Shown here piece by piece: positions 1 through 10,512 of a stretch of DNA of 64,000 bases. A program made the position numbers and the translations under genes. The first letter of the stretch is position 1, and every line of letters begins with the position of its first letter. The DNA comes from an uncultured Lentisphaerales bacterium (GTDB taxonomy: Bacteria; Verrucomicrobiota; Lentisphaeria; JABSQK01; UBA12247), in assembly GCA_943788985.1 (NCBI GenBank), contig CALSSJ010000043.1, positions 1 through 64,000 of the forward strand, read 5' to 3'. The notes beneath the pieces are model-generated. The model did not search any database. It was not told the origin of the DNA and was given only the letters and a program-made list of their open reading frames with translations.

Positions 1-65
1 GCATCAAGAAACCCGATGCCAAGTTCGCCCCTGTCCCCACCATCATTCGGCGCTAGTGGGAATCT

Positions 66-178
66 GAATCTCCAACAGCCAACAGCAAGTATCCAATGAT
101 GCCCAAGTCCGACGCACATGCTCGACGGTCTCTATTTGGCAATTGGACATTCCAAGAGTACGCACCCCGTTGGAGTTC
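66..178. repeat. Palindromic intergenic repeat, homolog of 35743-35896
   Basis: GAATCTCCAACAGCCAACAGCAAGTATCCAATG...CCAAGTCC...TGCTCGACGGTCTCTATTTGGCAATTGGACATT aligns over ~85 bp with 35743-35826; ends GAATCTCCAAC / GTTGGAGTTC are inverted. Confidence 0.8.
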
Positions 179-270
179 TCAGCTTTAGATGTGCCACACT
201 ACGTCCTGCCGCCTAGTATCGGCCCCAACTAAGCGCCCTGCCCGCAAGACCGCCGGCGACAAAGAGCGAC

Positions 271-320
271 AAAATCGACTCAAGTCGACTGCTGTCGCTG
301 GGAGTAGACTCGAGTCGATC
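271..320. repeat. 50-bp TCGA-rich nested palindrome, copy 1
   Basis: 44/50 identical (hand count) to 42012-42061. Confidence 0.85.
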
Positions 321-379
321 TATTTTCGGGCCAGCTCCCCATCCCCACCGCACGCCCGCGTCGCCAACCCCCGCCAATC

Positions 380-1223
380 ATGATCTTTACCGCCCGCGAC
401 AAAACCCTCGATTGCAGCGCCCGCCCCTTGATCATGGGCATCCTCAACGTCACCCCCGACTCCTTCTCCGAGAACGGCGCTAATTACCAGCCCGACGTAG
501 CTGTCGCCAATGCCCGCCGCATGATCGAAAAAGGCGCCGACCTGATCGACATCGGTGGCGAATCCAGCCGTCCAGGTGCCGACACCGTCGCAGCCGCCGA
601 AGAACAAGCCCGCGTCATTCCCGTGATTTGCGAACTCCGCAAATCCACGGACGTCTTGATCAGCATCGACACCTACAAGGCCTCGACCGCGGCCGCTGCC
701 ATAGCTGCTGGCGCCGACATCATCAACGACATCAGCGGCTTCCATCGCGACCCGGCAATGAAACAGGTCGCAGCCGAAACCGGCGCAGGCTGCATCGCCA
801 TGCACATGCGCGGCAACTCACAGACCATGCAAGGCCTGACCGACTATGCGGGACATTATCGAAGAGGTCGCCAGCTACTTCCAAGAAACCATCGCCATGC
901 TCACCACTGCCGGCGTTAAGAACTCCGCAATCATGCTCGACCCCGGCATTGGCTTTGCCAAGACCGTCGCCCAAAACCTACTCCTGCTGCGCGAACTCCG
1001 GCAATTCCAACGCCTCAACCATCCCCTCTTAATCGGCACCTCGCGCAAGTCATTCATCGGCCGAACCCTCCAGCTCGACGATCCCACGGATCGCATTTGG
1101 GGCACGGCCGCGACGATGGCCTGGAGTGTAGCCTGCGGCGCCCAAGTCCTCCGCGTCCACGACATCGCAGAAATGCGCCAGGTCTGCGACATGACCGCCG
1201 CCATCACCGGCGCCCAGCCATGA
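380..1223 (+). CDS. folP: Dihydropteroate synthase, split by one frameshift near 850
   Basis: IMGILNVTPDSFS, DIGGESSRPG, SIDTYK, INDISG in ORF 380-919; DPGIGFAK, GTSRKSF, RVHD in ORF 846-1223. Confidence 0.93.
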
Positions 1224-1695
1224 ACCCAATCGTTCCTGTGAGTCGCCAGAATCGGCGTCATTTCACGTCGGCGATTCTCTGGTACTCAGCGCTTGGCCCA
1301 ATGAGGCGACCTCCCTTTCGCAAATGAAAGGATCAAGACTAGCGCCTGCGGTGGCTAACAGCAGATTCGGAAAATCGCCAGCCACCAAGAACAGGGGTTG
1401 TTCCAGACCGGTCGGCAACAGCTCTACTCGCTTCGCCAGCTGCGAACACCGGCCTCTGGCCAGAAGTAGCCGCACCAGCAGGCCCAGCGTTTGCCTGTAT
1501 CTGAAAGCGCTTTGATTTCAGCTTGCTGCCATGCGTGCCAGTAGAAGGATACCTAGACCGGCAAAGAAACCGATTGCTGCAAATTCAGTCCGACATAGAC
1601 CTTCTAAACTGCGTAAGCCGAATACTCTCCTCACGCTACTGCAAGAGCAATACTCGCAAGCGCCCCGCCGGACTGTGCTTCAGCCAGTCAAATGT

Positions 1696-2871
1696 TCAGA
1701 CAAACAAGCCAGCGCAATGGCCGGATGACCACGCCCACTGGAAGTTGTAGCCGCCTAGCCAGCCGGTCACATCGACGACCTCGCCGATAAAATAGAGCCC
1801 CGGAACTTTACTGGACTCGAAGGTTTTGGATGACAACTCCGCGGACTCCACGCCGCCGATGGTAACCTCGGCTTTGCGATAGCCTTCGGTGCCGCCAGGC
1901 TTAACCTCCCACTCGTGAAAAAGACGAGTCAGTAACTGGATATCGCGCTCGTTGAGTTGGCGGATGGGCTTGCTGGGGAGATGCAATTCGAGAAGGCGTT
2001 GCACCAGCCGGGCTGGCAGGTGGGTAGCGAGCATGGTCTTCAGTTCGGCGGCGGGACGGGTGCGCCGCCATGTGGCCACTTCGCTCACGAGTTCGAGATC
2101 TGGCAGCAGGTCGATAGTGATACTCTCGCCCGGCTGCCAATAGCTGGAGATCTGCAAGATGGCGGGCCCGCTGAGACCTTTGTGCGTGAAGAGCATCGCC
2201 TCACGAAAGCTCTGCTTGCCACAGCGCAGGCGAACCGGCGTTGACACCCCGGAAAGGCCGTCATAGCGCTCCAGATCGGCTGCTGTAAAGGTGAGCGGGA
2301 CGAGCCCAGGCCGGCAGGGCACGATGCCAAGGCCGAACTGACGCGCAATGTCGTGCCCAAAGCTGCTGGCCCCCATCTTGGGGATGGAGAGCCCGCCGGA
2401 AGCGATCACAAGGGAGCTCGCGCTGTAACTGCCAGTGGCGTCGCTCAGTTCGAACTGGTCCTGTTTGGTGACTGACTGTATCTGGCATCCCGTCCGGATT
2501 TCGACCCCGCCCTGTCGGCATTCGTCCAAGAGCAGATCCACCACCAGGCGGGAGCGGTCATCGCAGAACAACTGGCCGAGTGTTTTTTCGTGGTAGGCGA
2601 TCTCATGCCGTTCAATCAGATCGATGAAATCCCACGCGGTGTAGCGCTGAAAGGCAGATTTGCAGAAGTGGGGGTTGGCAGAGATGTAATTGTCTGGCCC
2701 GGCTTGAATGTTGGTGAAGTTGCAGCGGCCGCCGCCCGAGATAAGGATTTTTTTGCCCACCTTCTCTGCGCCTTCGAGCAGCAACACCCGGCGGCCACGC
2801 TGGGCGGCAGTGCTCGCACACATCAGGCCTGCCGCCCCCGCGCCAATAACGATCACGTCGGCTTGTGTCAT
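1696..2871 (-). CDS. HI0933/YhiN (BaiN-like) NAD(P)/FAD-dependent oxidoreductase
   Basis: GAGAAG, GKKILISGGGRCNFTN, LFTHKGLSGPAIL, AEVTIGGV, GWLGGYNFQWAWSSG. Confidence 0.95.
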   Translation of the reverse strand: MTQADVIVIGAGAAGLMCASTAAQRGRRVLLLEGAEKVGKKILISGGGRCNFTNIQAGPDNYISANPHFCKSAFQRYTAWDFIDLIERHEIAYHEKTLGQLFCDDRSRLVVDLLLDECRQGGVEIRTGCQIQSVTKQDQFELSDATGSYSASSLVIASGGLSIPKMGASSFGHDIARQFGLGIVPCRPGLVPLTFTAADLERYDGLSGVSTPVRLRCGKQSFREAMLFTHKGLSGPAILQISSYWQPGESITIDLLPDLELVSEVATWRRTRPAAELKTMLATHLPARLVQRLLELHLPSKPIRQLNERDIQLLTRLFHEWEVKPGGTEGYRKAEVTIGGVESAELSSKTFESSKVPGLYFIGEVVDVTGWLGGYNFQWAWSSGHCAGLFV

Positions 2872-2874
2872 ACT

Positions 2875-3055
2875 CTAGCCTGGATACTTCATGCGATTCG
2901 TAACGAAAGGGTCTACTGGGCGTAACATCAGCCAGTTACGGCAGCGAGTCTGATACAGTCGTGTGGAGACACATCGAAGCCAGCGAGAAATGTAAGTGAC
3001 TGAGGGCGCGTGCATCAGGGCTTTGCAGTAGAATCCCGGGAATTAATCAGGCGAA
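2875..3055. mobile_element. 181-bp CTAG-starting MITE-like element, copy 1
   Basis: Left end CTAGCCTGGATACTTCATGCGATTC, right end GAATCCCGGGAATTAATCAGGC; gapless ~66% match to the reverse complement of 9406-9586. Confidence 0.8.
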
Positions 3056-3110
3056 GACTGCCCACAATCTACTCGCTGAGCTGGCAGTCGGGCAGCGTCT
3101 TCGTCTAATT

Positions 3111-3274
3111 AGTTGCGGAGTTCGCAGAACCGGCAACTTCTAGCCGCTGGATCTTTGCTCAGCTTTGTGGCTGTGTTGCCCCTGTTCTGCAATGAGCGTG
3201 CGAGTCGCCCGCGCCCCCAGCATCTGCCTTGGGGAACCTGCTACTGGTGTGCCCGGCGTGCGGAGCCCGCAACT
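3111..3274. repeat. 164-bp element with imperfect 25-bp terminal inverted repeats
   Basis: AGTTGCGGAGTTCGCAGAACCGGCA vs reverse complement of right end AGTTGCGGGCTCCGCACGCCGGGCA (18/25). Confidence 0.5.
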
Positions 3275-3364
3275 GCTACGCTCGTAATCTGTGGTCTGGG
3301 AGCTAGATTCCTCATTGCTTTATCGTGCATCAACGAAAATAAAAATCAGCAAGGATATTTTACT

Positions 3365-4006
3365 ATGAAAAACACTCTGAACAGTGCATTGATCATCGGC
3401 ATTCTCGGCGCATCACTTCTCACCGTGAGCTGCGCAAAGAATCCAGCGGATGATGTGGATGCAGCAAAGACCTCAGACGCGGCGCCTGCCGCTGAGAAAA
3501 CAGATGCCGCAGTGGAGGCGGCGACTTACACGATCGGCGGGGCGTCCAAACTTGAGTGGGTGGGCTCAAAGGTCACGAACAGTCATGAAGGCGGCTTCAA
3601 AATGTTTTCTGGAACCCTGTCGACTGCTGCCGACGGTACGTTGAGTGGCGCGAGTGTGACAATCGATATGGATTCCACATTTTCAGATAGCGCGAAGCTG
3701 ACCGGTCATCTGAAGTCTCCAGACTTTTTTGACGTCGCCAAATTCAAGCAAGCAACATTCGAGATGACCAGTTCCGAACCCGGAGCAGGGCCGAGTCAGA
3801 TCACGCTTGTCGGCAATTTCACGCTGCACGGCGTCACTAAGCAGATCACGTTTCCGGCGCAGGTCAGTGCCAGCAAAGAGTTGGTGACATTGAAAGCCGA
3901 GTTCTCGATCAACCGGCTAGATTTCGGAGTCGCGTACAAGGGAAGGGTTGACGACTTGATCCGTGAGGAGGTCGTGATCAAGGCGAATTTCCAAGCGACT
4001 CGGTAA
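3365..4006 (+). CDS. YceI-family lipoprotein (polyisoprenoid-binding)
   Basis: Lipobox LTVSC; HEGGF, LTGHLKSPDFFDV, GNFTLHGVTKQITFP, FSINRLDFG; start at ATG 3365 after AAGGA. Confidence 0.9.
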   Translation: MKNTLNSALIIGILGASLLTVSCAKNPADDVDAAKTSDAAPAAEKTDAAVEAATYTIGGASKLEWVGSKVTNSHEGGFKMFSGTLSTAADGTLSGASVTIDMDSTFSDSAKLTGHLKSPDFFDVAKFKQATFEMTSSEPGAGPSQITLVGNFTLHGVTKQITFPAQVSASKELVTLKAEFSINRLDFGVAYKGRVDDLIREEVVIKANFQATR

Positions 4007-4087
4007 CCAGAGAGCGGTCATGGTCCTTTTTGACTCTCCCCGGCCGCGACGAGTGCCTGTGAATCCACGCTATGGAGTTTTCCTGCA

Positions 4088-4363
4088 GTGGGTACAGATC
4101 CTATTTTCGAGATAGAGCGGCCGCACCGCAGTCTCATGAAGCTCTATGTGATTTGATCGCTGCTCACGGGCCCGTTCGTCGTCGCTGTGCTTAAGTACCT
4201 CTACATCCGTTACAAGTCGATGCGCTATCGCTTCGATGACGAGGGCGTCAGTATGCGTTGGGGAATTCTCTCCCGGCGGGAGATTAACCTGACCGATGCA
4301 CGGATTCAAGACATCCGTGTGGTGCCCGGAGTGATTCTACACTCCTATGCGCGGCACCCATGA
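4088..4363 (+). pseudogene. Truncated bacterial PH-domain (bPH_2/YdbS-like) gene remnant, missed by the ORF track
   Basis: Translates FEIERPHRSLMKLYVI*SLLTGPF...YIRYKSMRYRFDDEGVSMRWGILSRREINLTDARIQDIRV; in-frame TGA at 4154-4156; C-terminal half missing. Confidence 0.7.
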
Positions 4364-4972
4364 CCGCCAACCCGCTAGCCAGACAGTGAATGGGCCCGCC
4401 GCCGCGGCAGGTGACGGTGACAGCGCGATGGGCCAGCAGCAGAGCTAGACCACGTTCAGCATGCACACTGGGTATTTTCCAGGCGTAGACAACGCGGACG
4501 AAATCCGATCCGTGATGATCAACCCCTGCAGCGGCAGAAGGACTCGGGACTGAGGGATCAGGACGACCACAAAGCCGTTCCGCCAGCGGTAAATGCCAGC
4601 TCTCTGTGTGCGGTATTGGAGGAACTACGTGGCGAAGCCGCACTGTTTAGCCAAGCAGGGGAACAGCTAAACTGCGCCCCCACCCGCTATTCGTTACAGA
4701 ACCGCTCCGATAACCGGATGCATTGCACCGCGATTTCACAGGCAATACGCTGGTGGCCGGAGGATAGCTCAGCGAGGGTCTTTGCCCAGAGTTTGTATGG
4801 GCAGCGATTCTGTCGTAATTGGTCTCTGGAATGAGGGGGAATTCGCCACTCAACGCTTACAACGTAGCCATGTCTACGTCGAGTCAGCGCTCACGGAGGG
4901 CGCGAAAATCGCGGGTCACAGCATACTGAGATTTTATGAATGGGCTGTCAGAGAACGAATGGAAAGGCGCTG

Positions 4973-7444
4973 GTGAACCGGATTGACCTGCAGGGGAATT
5001 GGCAACTGACTCAGCAGAACGGCGAAATCTCGTGCCCGGCAGAGGTACCTGGAGATAATGTCTCGGCCTTGCTGGCGGCGGGGATCATTGAGGACCCGTA
5101 TTTTGGTCGCAATGAGCTGGATGTGCAGTGGATTTGCGAAGAGACCTGGGTTTGGGAGCGAGAGTTTGTGGTAGGCGAAGAGCTCCTGACCCACGAGCAG
5201 GTATACCTGAAAGCGGCCGAGGTGGATACCTGCGCGGTGATTCGGATCAATGGCAAGAAGGTGGGGCAAACCGTATCGCAGTTTATCGGGCACCGGTTTG
5301 AGGTGAAACAGGCGTTGCAGCCAGGGCTGAATCGCATCTCAATTGCCGTAACCCCGTTTATGAAGGAAGCGAAGAAGCGCATGGCGCTGAGTCCCCTCCC
5401 GGTACCAGGAAGTGGGAACTGCACGATTGCTGGGCTGAATTTTGTCCGCAAGACGCATTGTCATGGCGGCTGGGACTGGGGAATTTCTCTGGTGGTTTCG
5501 GGCGTCTATGGGGACCTGAGCCTGGTGGGCTACAACGCGGCTCGCATTGAGCATGTCTATACGCGCCAGCGGCACAGTAAGGGACGTTGCCGGGTAGAGG
5601 TGACTGCGGAGCTTGTGGCTGCAACTGCCGGCGAGACCGAGCTGACGGTGGAGTTCGACGGCACCTGTCAGACCATCCCAGTTGCTTTGGTCGCAGGCAC
5701 AACAGAGGCGCGCGCGGTGTTCACTGTGGAGAAGCCACGGTTGTGGTGGCCCGCTGGCTATGGCAAGCAACCGCTCTACGCGTTGACCGTACGCACACCA
5801 GACGAGTCCCGGAAAAAGTGGCTGGGACTGCGAGAACTGGTCGTACGCAGCGAGCCCGATGACACCGGAATACCACTGGTGGTTGAGGTCAACGGGCTGC
5901 CGATTTTCTGCAAGGGGGCCAATTGGATCCCGCTGGATGCGCTACCGCAACGCTACTCTCGCGCTCGCTATAAAAGGCTGCTGGGGGACGCAAAGCTGGC
6001 AAATATGAACATGGTGCGCGTCTGGGGAGGCGGACACTATGAGCGGGACGAGTTCTATGAGGTGTGCGATCAGCTTGGCCTTCTGATTTGGCACGATTTT
6101 ATGTTCGCCTGTTCACTCTATCCCGCTTATCCGGCCTTTCGGGAGGAGGTCACGCGTGAGGTGGAGTATCAGGTGAAGCGCCTGCGTGACCATGCCTCCA
6201 TTGCCTTGTGGTGTGGCGATAACGAGGTAGTCGGCGCGCTGGGCTGGTACCAGGAGGCCAAGGACAACCGGGATGCCTATGTGGCCGGATTCGAGCGGCT
6301 GCTGGCGGCAAAGGAGGAAGGACTGGCGCTGGCCGGAGATGACCGCACGTTCTGGCCCTCGTCACCGTGCAGTGGCAGCAATCCGTTTATCGGGGATGCG
6401 TGGCATGATGCCGAGAACGGCGATATGCACTTTTGGGAAGTGTGGCACTCGGGCAAGGATATTGAGGCCTATTACGACGTGGTCCCGCGCTTTTGCTCTG
6501 AGTTCGGGTTTCAGAGCTTCTCGAGCCTCGAGACGGTCAAGACGTTTGCCGAAGCCAAGGATTTCAACGCAACCTCCCCGGTGATGGAGCATCACCAGAA
6601 AAATCGGGCGGGAAACCAGAAGATTCTGGAGATGTTCACGCGTTATTTTCGGATGCCGAATGGGTTTGAGAACTTCTTGTATTTGTCGCAGGTTCAGCAG
6701 GCGCTGGCCATCAAGACCGGCGTCGAATTCTGGCGGCACCTGCAGCCGGTCTGCATGGGGACCTTGTATTGGCAACTGAATGACAACTGGCCGGTCGCTT
6801 CATGGTCAAGCCTGGAGTACAACGGTGCCTGGAAGCAACTGCATTATCACGCGCGGCGCTTTTATCAGCCAGTGCTGGGCTGCGCCTTTCAGAGCGCGGC
6901 GGGTGAGCTTGCGTTGTGGGCTGTCAGTGAATTGGCCGGGCGCGCGCAGGCCGAAATGGTGGCTACGGTCTATGATTTTGCTGGCAATAAACTGCGGCGG
7001 AAAACCTATACCGGGCGGGTAAAAACCAGGGGCACGAAGAAGCTCGCGGAGCTCAGAGTTGGTTCGTTTGTGGAGGAGCCGAGCGCCTGCTTTATGCAAT
7101 TGACCCTTTGCCTGACTGACGAGACCGGCCAGAAGCACCTGCACGAGAATACGCATTTTTTTACCCGCTTCAAGGCCTGTGAATTGGCTGCGGCGAGGGT
7201 GGGCACCAAAGTCACGCGGACAAAGGACGGCGCCTTCGTCGTGGACTTGACGACGGATCAGCCCGCGTTCTTTGTGATGGCGGAAGTCGCCGGAATCTCC
7301 GGGATCTTTGACGATAACTCGATCACCCTGCTCCCTGGCAAGGCTGGTCGCCGGCTACTGTTCACGCCTCGCCAAGAGGGCGTACGGATCGCGGACATTC
7401 GCGCTGGACTGGCCGTGAAGCATCTGCAGCAGACCTACGGATAG
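4973..7444 (+). CDS. Beta-mannosidase, glycoside hydrolase family 2
   Basis: [63 protein letters not shown] 4973 follows GGAAAGG. Confidence 0.93.
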   Translation: MNRIDLQGNWQLTQQNGEISCPAEVPGDNVSALLAAGIIEDPYFGRNELDVQWICEETWVWEREFVVGEELLTHEQVYLKAAEVDTCAVIRINGKKVGQTVSQFIGHRFEVKQALQPGLNRISIAVTPFMKEAKKRMALSPLPVPGSGNCTIAGLNFVRKTHCHGGWDWGISLVVSGVYGDLSLVGYNAARIEHVYTRQRHSKGRCRVEVTAELVAATAGETELTVEFDGTCQTIPVALVAGTTEARAVFTVEKPRLWWPAGYGKQPLYALTVRTPDESRKKWLGLRELVVRSEPDDTGIPLVVEVNGLPIFCKGANWIPLDALPQRYSRARYKRLLGDAKLANMNMVRVWGGGHYERDEFYEVCDQLGLLIWHDFMFACSLYPAYPAFREEVTREVEYQVKRLRDHASIALWCGDNEVVGALGWYQEAKDNRDAYVAGFERLLAAKEEGLALAGDDRTFWPSSPCSGSNPFIGDAWHDAENGDMHFWEVWHSGKDIEAYYDVVPRFCSEFGFQSFSSLETVKTFAEAKDFNATSPVMEHHQKNRAGNQKILEMFTRYFRMPNGFENFLYLSQVQQALAIKTGVEFWRHLQPVCMGTLYWQLNDNWPVASWSSLEYNGAWKQLHYHARRFYQPVLGCAFQSAAGELALWAVSELAGRAQAEMVATVYDFAGNKLRRKTYTGRVKTRGTKKLAELRVGSFVEEPSACFMQLTLCLTDETGQKHLHENTHFFTRFKACELAAARVGTKVTRTKDGAFVVDLTTDQPAFFVMAEVAGISGIFDDNSITLLPGKAGRRLLFTPRQEGVRIADIRAGLAVKHLQQTYG

Positions 7445-8343
7445 GAAACCGGCTCGTATGGGGACGTGAAATGCTGAAATCCGGGCGAGTCCCCAATGCC
7501 CCGTACGGCGGGGGGGCCTGCCTCGATGATGCCGATTTTGGAAAGGGAACAGGGAAATGGCCAGGCATGCCGCAGTTCTTCCCAGCCGTCGACCGAAATC
7601 GTGAACAGTAGTTCGTAGTCTTCGCCGTCTGTCACGGCAGTCTGGTGGGTGGCACCGGCGCGTAGTGGAAGCGTGGCTGAAGTAATCTGGGCACTGACAC
7701 CGGATGCTTGGCAAAGCCGTGGCAGGTCCGCCCCCAGGCCATCGCTCAGATCTATCATCGCGCGCACGCCGCGGGCCGCGAGCCAACGGCCCTCCTGCAA
7801 GCGCGGTTCGAACCGCAGATGATGCTCGCTAGCCAGGGAATTCCCCAACTCACCGGTGACGCAGATCACCTCGCCGGGATTCGCTGCGGCGCGCGTCGTG
7901 ACTCGATCGGCGGCTACGGTTCCGAGAATGGTGAGCGAGGCGGTCACGACTGGTGTCGTGGTTAAATCGCCACCGATGATCGGTACGCCGTACTCGGTTG
8001 CGGAGTTCGCAAGCCCGCGGAGGAATGCCTCGCGCCACGGGTCCGGGCAGTCCTGCGGGAAGCCGACGACGGACAACGCAGCGACGGGGCTGCCGCCCAT
8101 CGCCGCAATATCGCTGAGATTGCGACAGAGAAGCTTGCGGGCCGCCAACTCCGGCGGTGTTGGCTCGGCGGCGTCTCGCCCATGGTAGTGCACGCCCTCG
8201 ACCAGCGCATCGCTGGCGACGAGTTGGATGGAGCCGTCGGCAACGGCCAGCCCGGCGCAATCATCGCCGGGCGGGATGACAACGTTTTCGTTCTGCGCCA
8301 ATTGCGGCAGCAGCCAAGCCAGGAGTTCATTCTCAGATTTCAT
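7435..8343 (-). CDS. thiL: Thiamine-monophosphate kinase
   Basis: [40 protein letters not shown]. Confidence 0.95.
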   Translation of the reverse strand: MKSENELLAWLLPQLAQNENVVIPPGDDCAGLAVADGSIQLVASDALVEGVHYHGRDAAEPTPPELAARKLLCRNLSDIAAMGGSPVAALSVVGFPQDCPDPWREAFLRGLANSATEYGVPIIGGDLTTTPVVTASLTILGTVAADRVTTRAAANPGEVICVTGELGNSLASEHHLRFEPRLQEGRWLAARGVRAMIDLSDGLGADLPRLCQASGVSAQITSATLPLRAGATHQTAVTDGEDYELLFTISVDGWEELRHAWPFPCSLSKIGIIEAGPPAVRGIGDSPGFQHFTSPYEPVSYP

Positions 8344-8505
8344 CCGGGTTACTGTACGCGTAGATCGACGCTGTGTCGATCTGAGAGGACGACGGCGTTG
8401 CCCTGAATGATTGTAAATTCAATTGCTCACTGGGGGAGTCGGTGACAAAGTCGGCAGATCTGCTATAGTGTAAAATACTGGTTTTAGCCGCACAAAAGAT
8501 GAGGA

Positions 8506-9414
8506 ATGACCTTGCTGTCCCAGTTGATTGAAACGACCCTCGCGGCAGGCCGCACTATCCTGGATATTTACGACACTGGTTTCGATGTCGAGACCAAGGC
8601 GGACAACTCGCCGCTGACGACTGCCGACCGGGCCGCGCATGTGCTGATCTGCGAGCGGCTAGCAGCGCTCGCCGGTTACCCGATCCTCTCCGAAGAGAGC
8701 GCGGAAGTGCCGACGGCTGAGAGGCGGCAATGGGGCACGTTCTGGCTGGTGGACCCACTGGATGGGACCAAGGAGTTCGTTAAGCGCAATGGTGAGTTCA
8801 CGGTAAACATCGCTCTCATTGAGGGTGACGTGGCGGTGCTGGGCCTGGTCTACGCACCAGTGCTGGATGCCTTGTACATCGGCGGTGTGCGGCCCGAATC
8901 AGAGCCGATCACCGCGGAGATTCTGCACGGGGCGGCCACAGATTCGGTGCGCGTGACTGAGGCTAGCACCCAAGACTTTTCGAATATGAACACGCTGGCT
9001 GATGTGCTGACGCTGGAAACGGCGATTGCGCTGCCGGGGGAACGGGTGAACGGCGGGCTGCGGGTGGTGGCAAGTAAGTCCCACTGCAACGACGAGACCT
9101 TGGCCTACATCCAGGCCGAGGAAGAACGATTCGGCCCTGCGGACCGCGTCGCGCGCGGCAGTTCACTCAAGCTTTGCATGATTGCGGAGTCCGCAGCAGA
9201 TGTCTACCCACGGCTGGCACCGACGATGGAGTGGGACACGGCCGCCGCACAGGCGGTGGTAGAAGGCGCGGGCGGCGTGGTCCGTGGCCGACTCGAGGAT
9301 GCCGCTGGCGACGACGTTTGGCAGCGAATGCCCTATAACAAGGAAACGTTACTGCAAAAAGGCTTCATTGTAGAGTCTCGCTGGTACCTGAATCAGATTG
9401 ATGCGCTAGCCTAA
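8506..9414 (+). CDS. cysQ: 3'(2'),5'-bisphosphate nucleotidase
   Basis: SPLTTAD, ILSEE, WLVDPLDGTKEF, GSSLKLC, YPRLAPTMEWDTAA; upstream of cysD. Confidence 0.93.
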   Translation: MTLLSQLIETTLAAGRTILDIYDTGFDVETKADNSPLTTADRAAHVLICERLAALAGYPILSEESAEVPTAERRQWGTFWLVDPLDGTKEFVKRNGEFTVNIALIEGDVAVLGLVYAPVLDALYIGGVRPESEPITAEILHGAATDSVRVTEASTQDFSNMNTLADVLTLETAIALPGERVNGGLRVVASKSHCNDETLAYIQAEEERFGPADRVARGSSLKLCMIAESAADVYPRLAPTMEWDTAAAQAVVEGAGGVVRGRLEDAAGDDVWQRMPYNKETLLQKGFIVESRWYLNQIDALA

Positions 9415-9586
9415 ATGATTCACGCGAATCTACTACGAAACCGTAATGCACTCACTCTCAACAACCTGCGTGATTCGCCGAAGTCGACGTATCTCGATAC
9501 GACTTCATTCGTCTCATTGCCGCAAGCTGCTGATAGCAAGAACCTTACAGCCTCTCACTACGAATCGCGTGAATTAATCAGGCTAG
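9406..9586. mobile_element. 181-bp CTAG-bounded MITE-like element, copy 2
   Basis: 25-bp imperfect TIRs CTAGCCTAAATGATTCACGCGAATC / GAATCGCGTGAATTAATCAGGCTAG; supplies the cysQ stop codon. Confidence 0.88.
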
Positions 9587-9606
9587 CATAACGGAAGCGA
9601 CGAGCG

Positions 9607-10512
9607 ATGGACTACACAATCACACACCTGCGCCAGCTGGAAGCGGAAAGCATCCAGATCATGCGCGAGGTCGCCGCAGAGTTCCGCCGACCGGTAATGA
9701 TGTACTCCGTGGGCAAGGACTCGTCGGTGATGCTGCATCTGGCACGCAAGGCGTTTCACCCCGGCTCGCTGCCGTTTCCGTTGCTGCACGTGGATACGAC
9801 CTGGGAGTTTCGGGAGATGATCACGTTTCGTGACCAGACTGCCCGGGATCTGGGCCTAGATTTGAAGGTCTGGACGAATCCGCAGGGCAAGTCCGATCGG
9901 GTAACGCCGTTTACGCACGGTGCCGACGCCTACACCCGCATCATGAAGACCGAGGCCTTGAAGCAGGCTTTGGACCATTACGAGTTCGATGCTGCGTTCG
10001 GCGGGGCCAGACGAGACGAAGAAAAGTTACGGGCCAATGAGCGAGTCTTTAGTTTTCGGGACGAGCATCATCACTGGGAGCCGCGTAATCAGCGGCCGGA
10101 GCTCTGGAGCCTCTACAACACGCGGGTGCGTCCTGGTGAGTCAATCCGGGTGTTTCCGTTGTCCGACTGGACCGAGCTGGATATCTGGCTCTACATCATG
10201 CAGGAAGAGATCCCGATCGTGCCACTGTACTTTGCGGCCAAGCGACCGGTGGTGGGGCGCAATGGGAGTCTGATTTTGGTGGACGATGAACGGCTGCAGT
10301 TGGGCGAAAATGAGATTGCCGCAGAACGGATGGTGCGGTTTCGGACCTTGGGCTGCTATCCACTAACCGGGGCGATGGAGTCAACAGCTACTACGGTGCC
10401 AGAGATCGTGGAAGAGATGCTGGTGGCCCGCACCTCAGAGCGGCAGTGCCGGGTCAGCGACCATGGAGATGGTGACAGCATGGAGGCGAAGAAGCGCGAT
10501 GGCTACTTCTGA
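9607..10512 (+). CDS. cysD: Sulfate adenylyltransferase subunit 2
   Basis: [45 protein letters not shown]-terminal KKRDGYF. Confidence 0.96.
   Translation: MDYTITHLRQLEAESIQIMREVAAEFRRPVMMYSVGKDSSVMLHLARKAFHPGSLPFPLLHVDTTWEFREMITFRDQTARDLGLDLKVWTNPQGKSDRVTPFTHGADAYTRIMKTEALKQALDHYEFDAAFGGARRDEEKLRANERVFSFRDEHHHWEPRNQRPELWSLYNTRVRPGESIRVFPLSDWTELDIWLYIMQEEIPIVPLYFAAKRPVVGRNGSLILVDDERLQLGENEIAAERMVRFRTLGCYPLTGAMESTATTVPEIVEEMLVARTSERQCRVSDHGDGDSMEAKKRDGYF

Noticed and set aside
4154..4156. Selenocysteine readthrough of the TGA in the PH-like frame
   Set aside because: The gene is also truncated, the position is not a redox motif and no SECIS is evident.
8375..8420. TPP riboswitch near thiL (CTGAGA...CCCTGAA)
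   Set aside because: It is on the wrong strand for thiL and lacks the CCTGA/GTAATxCC/GCGxAGG core.
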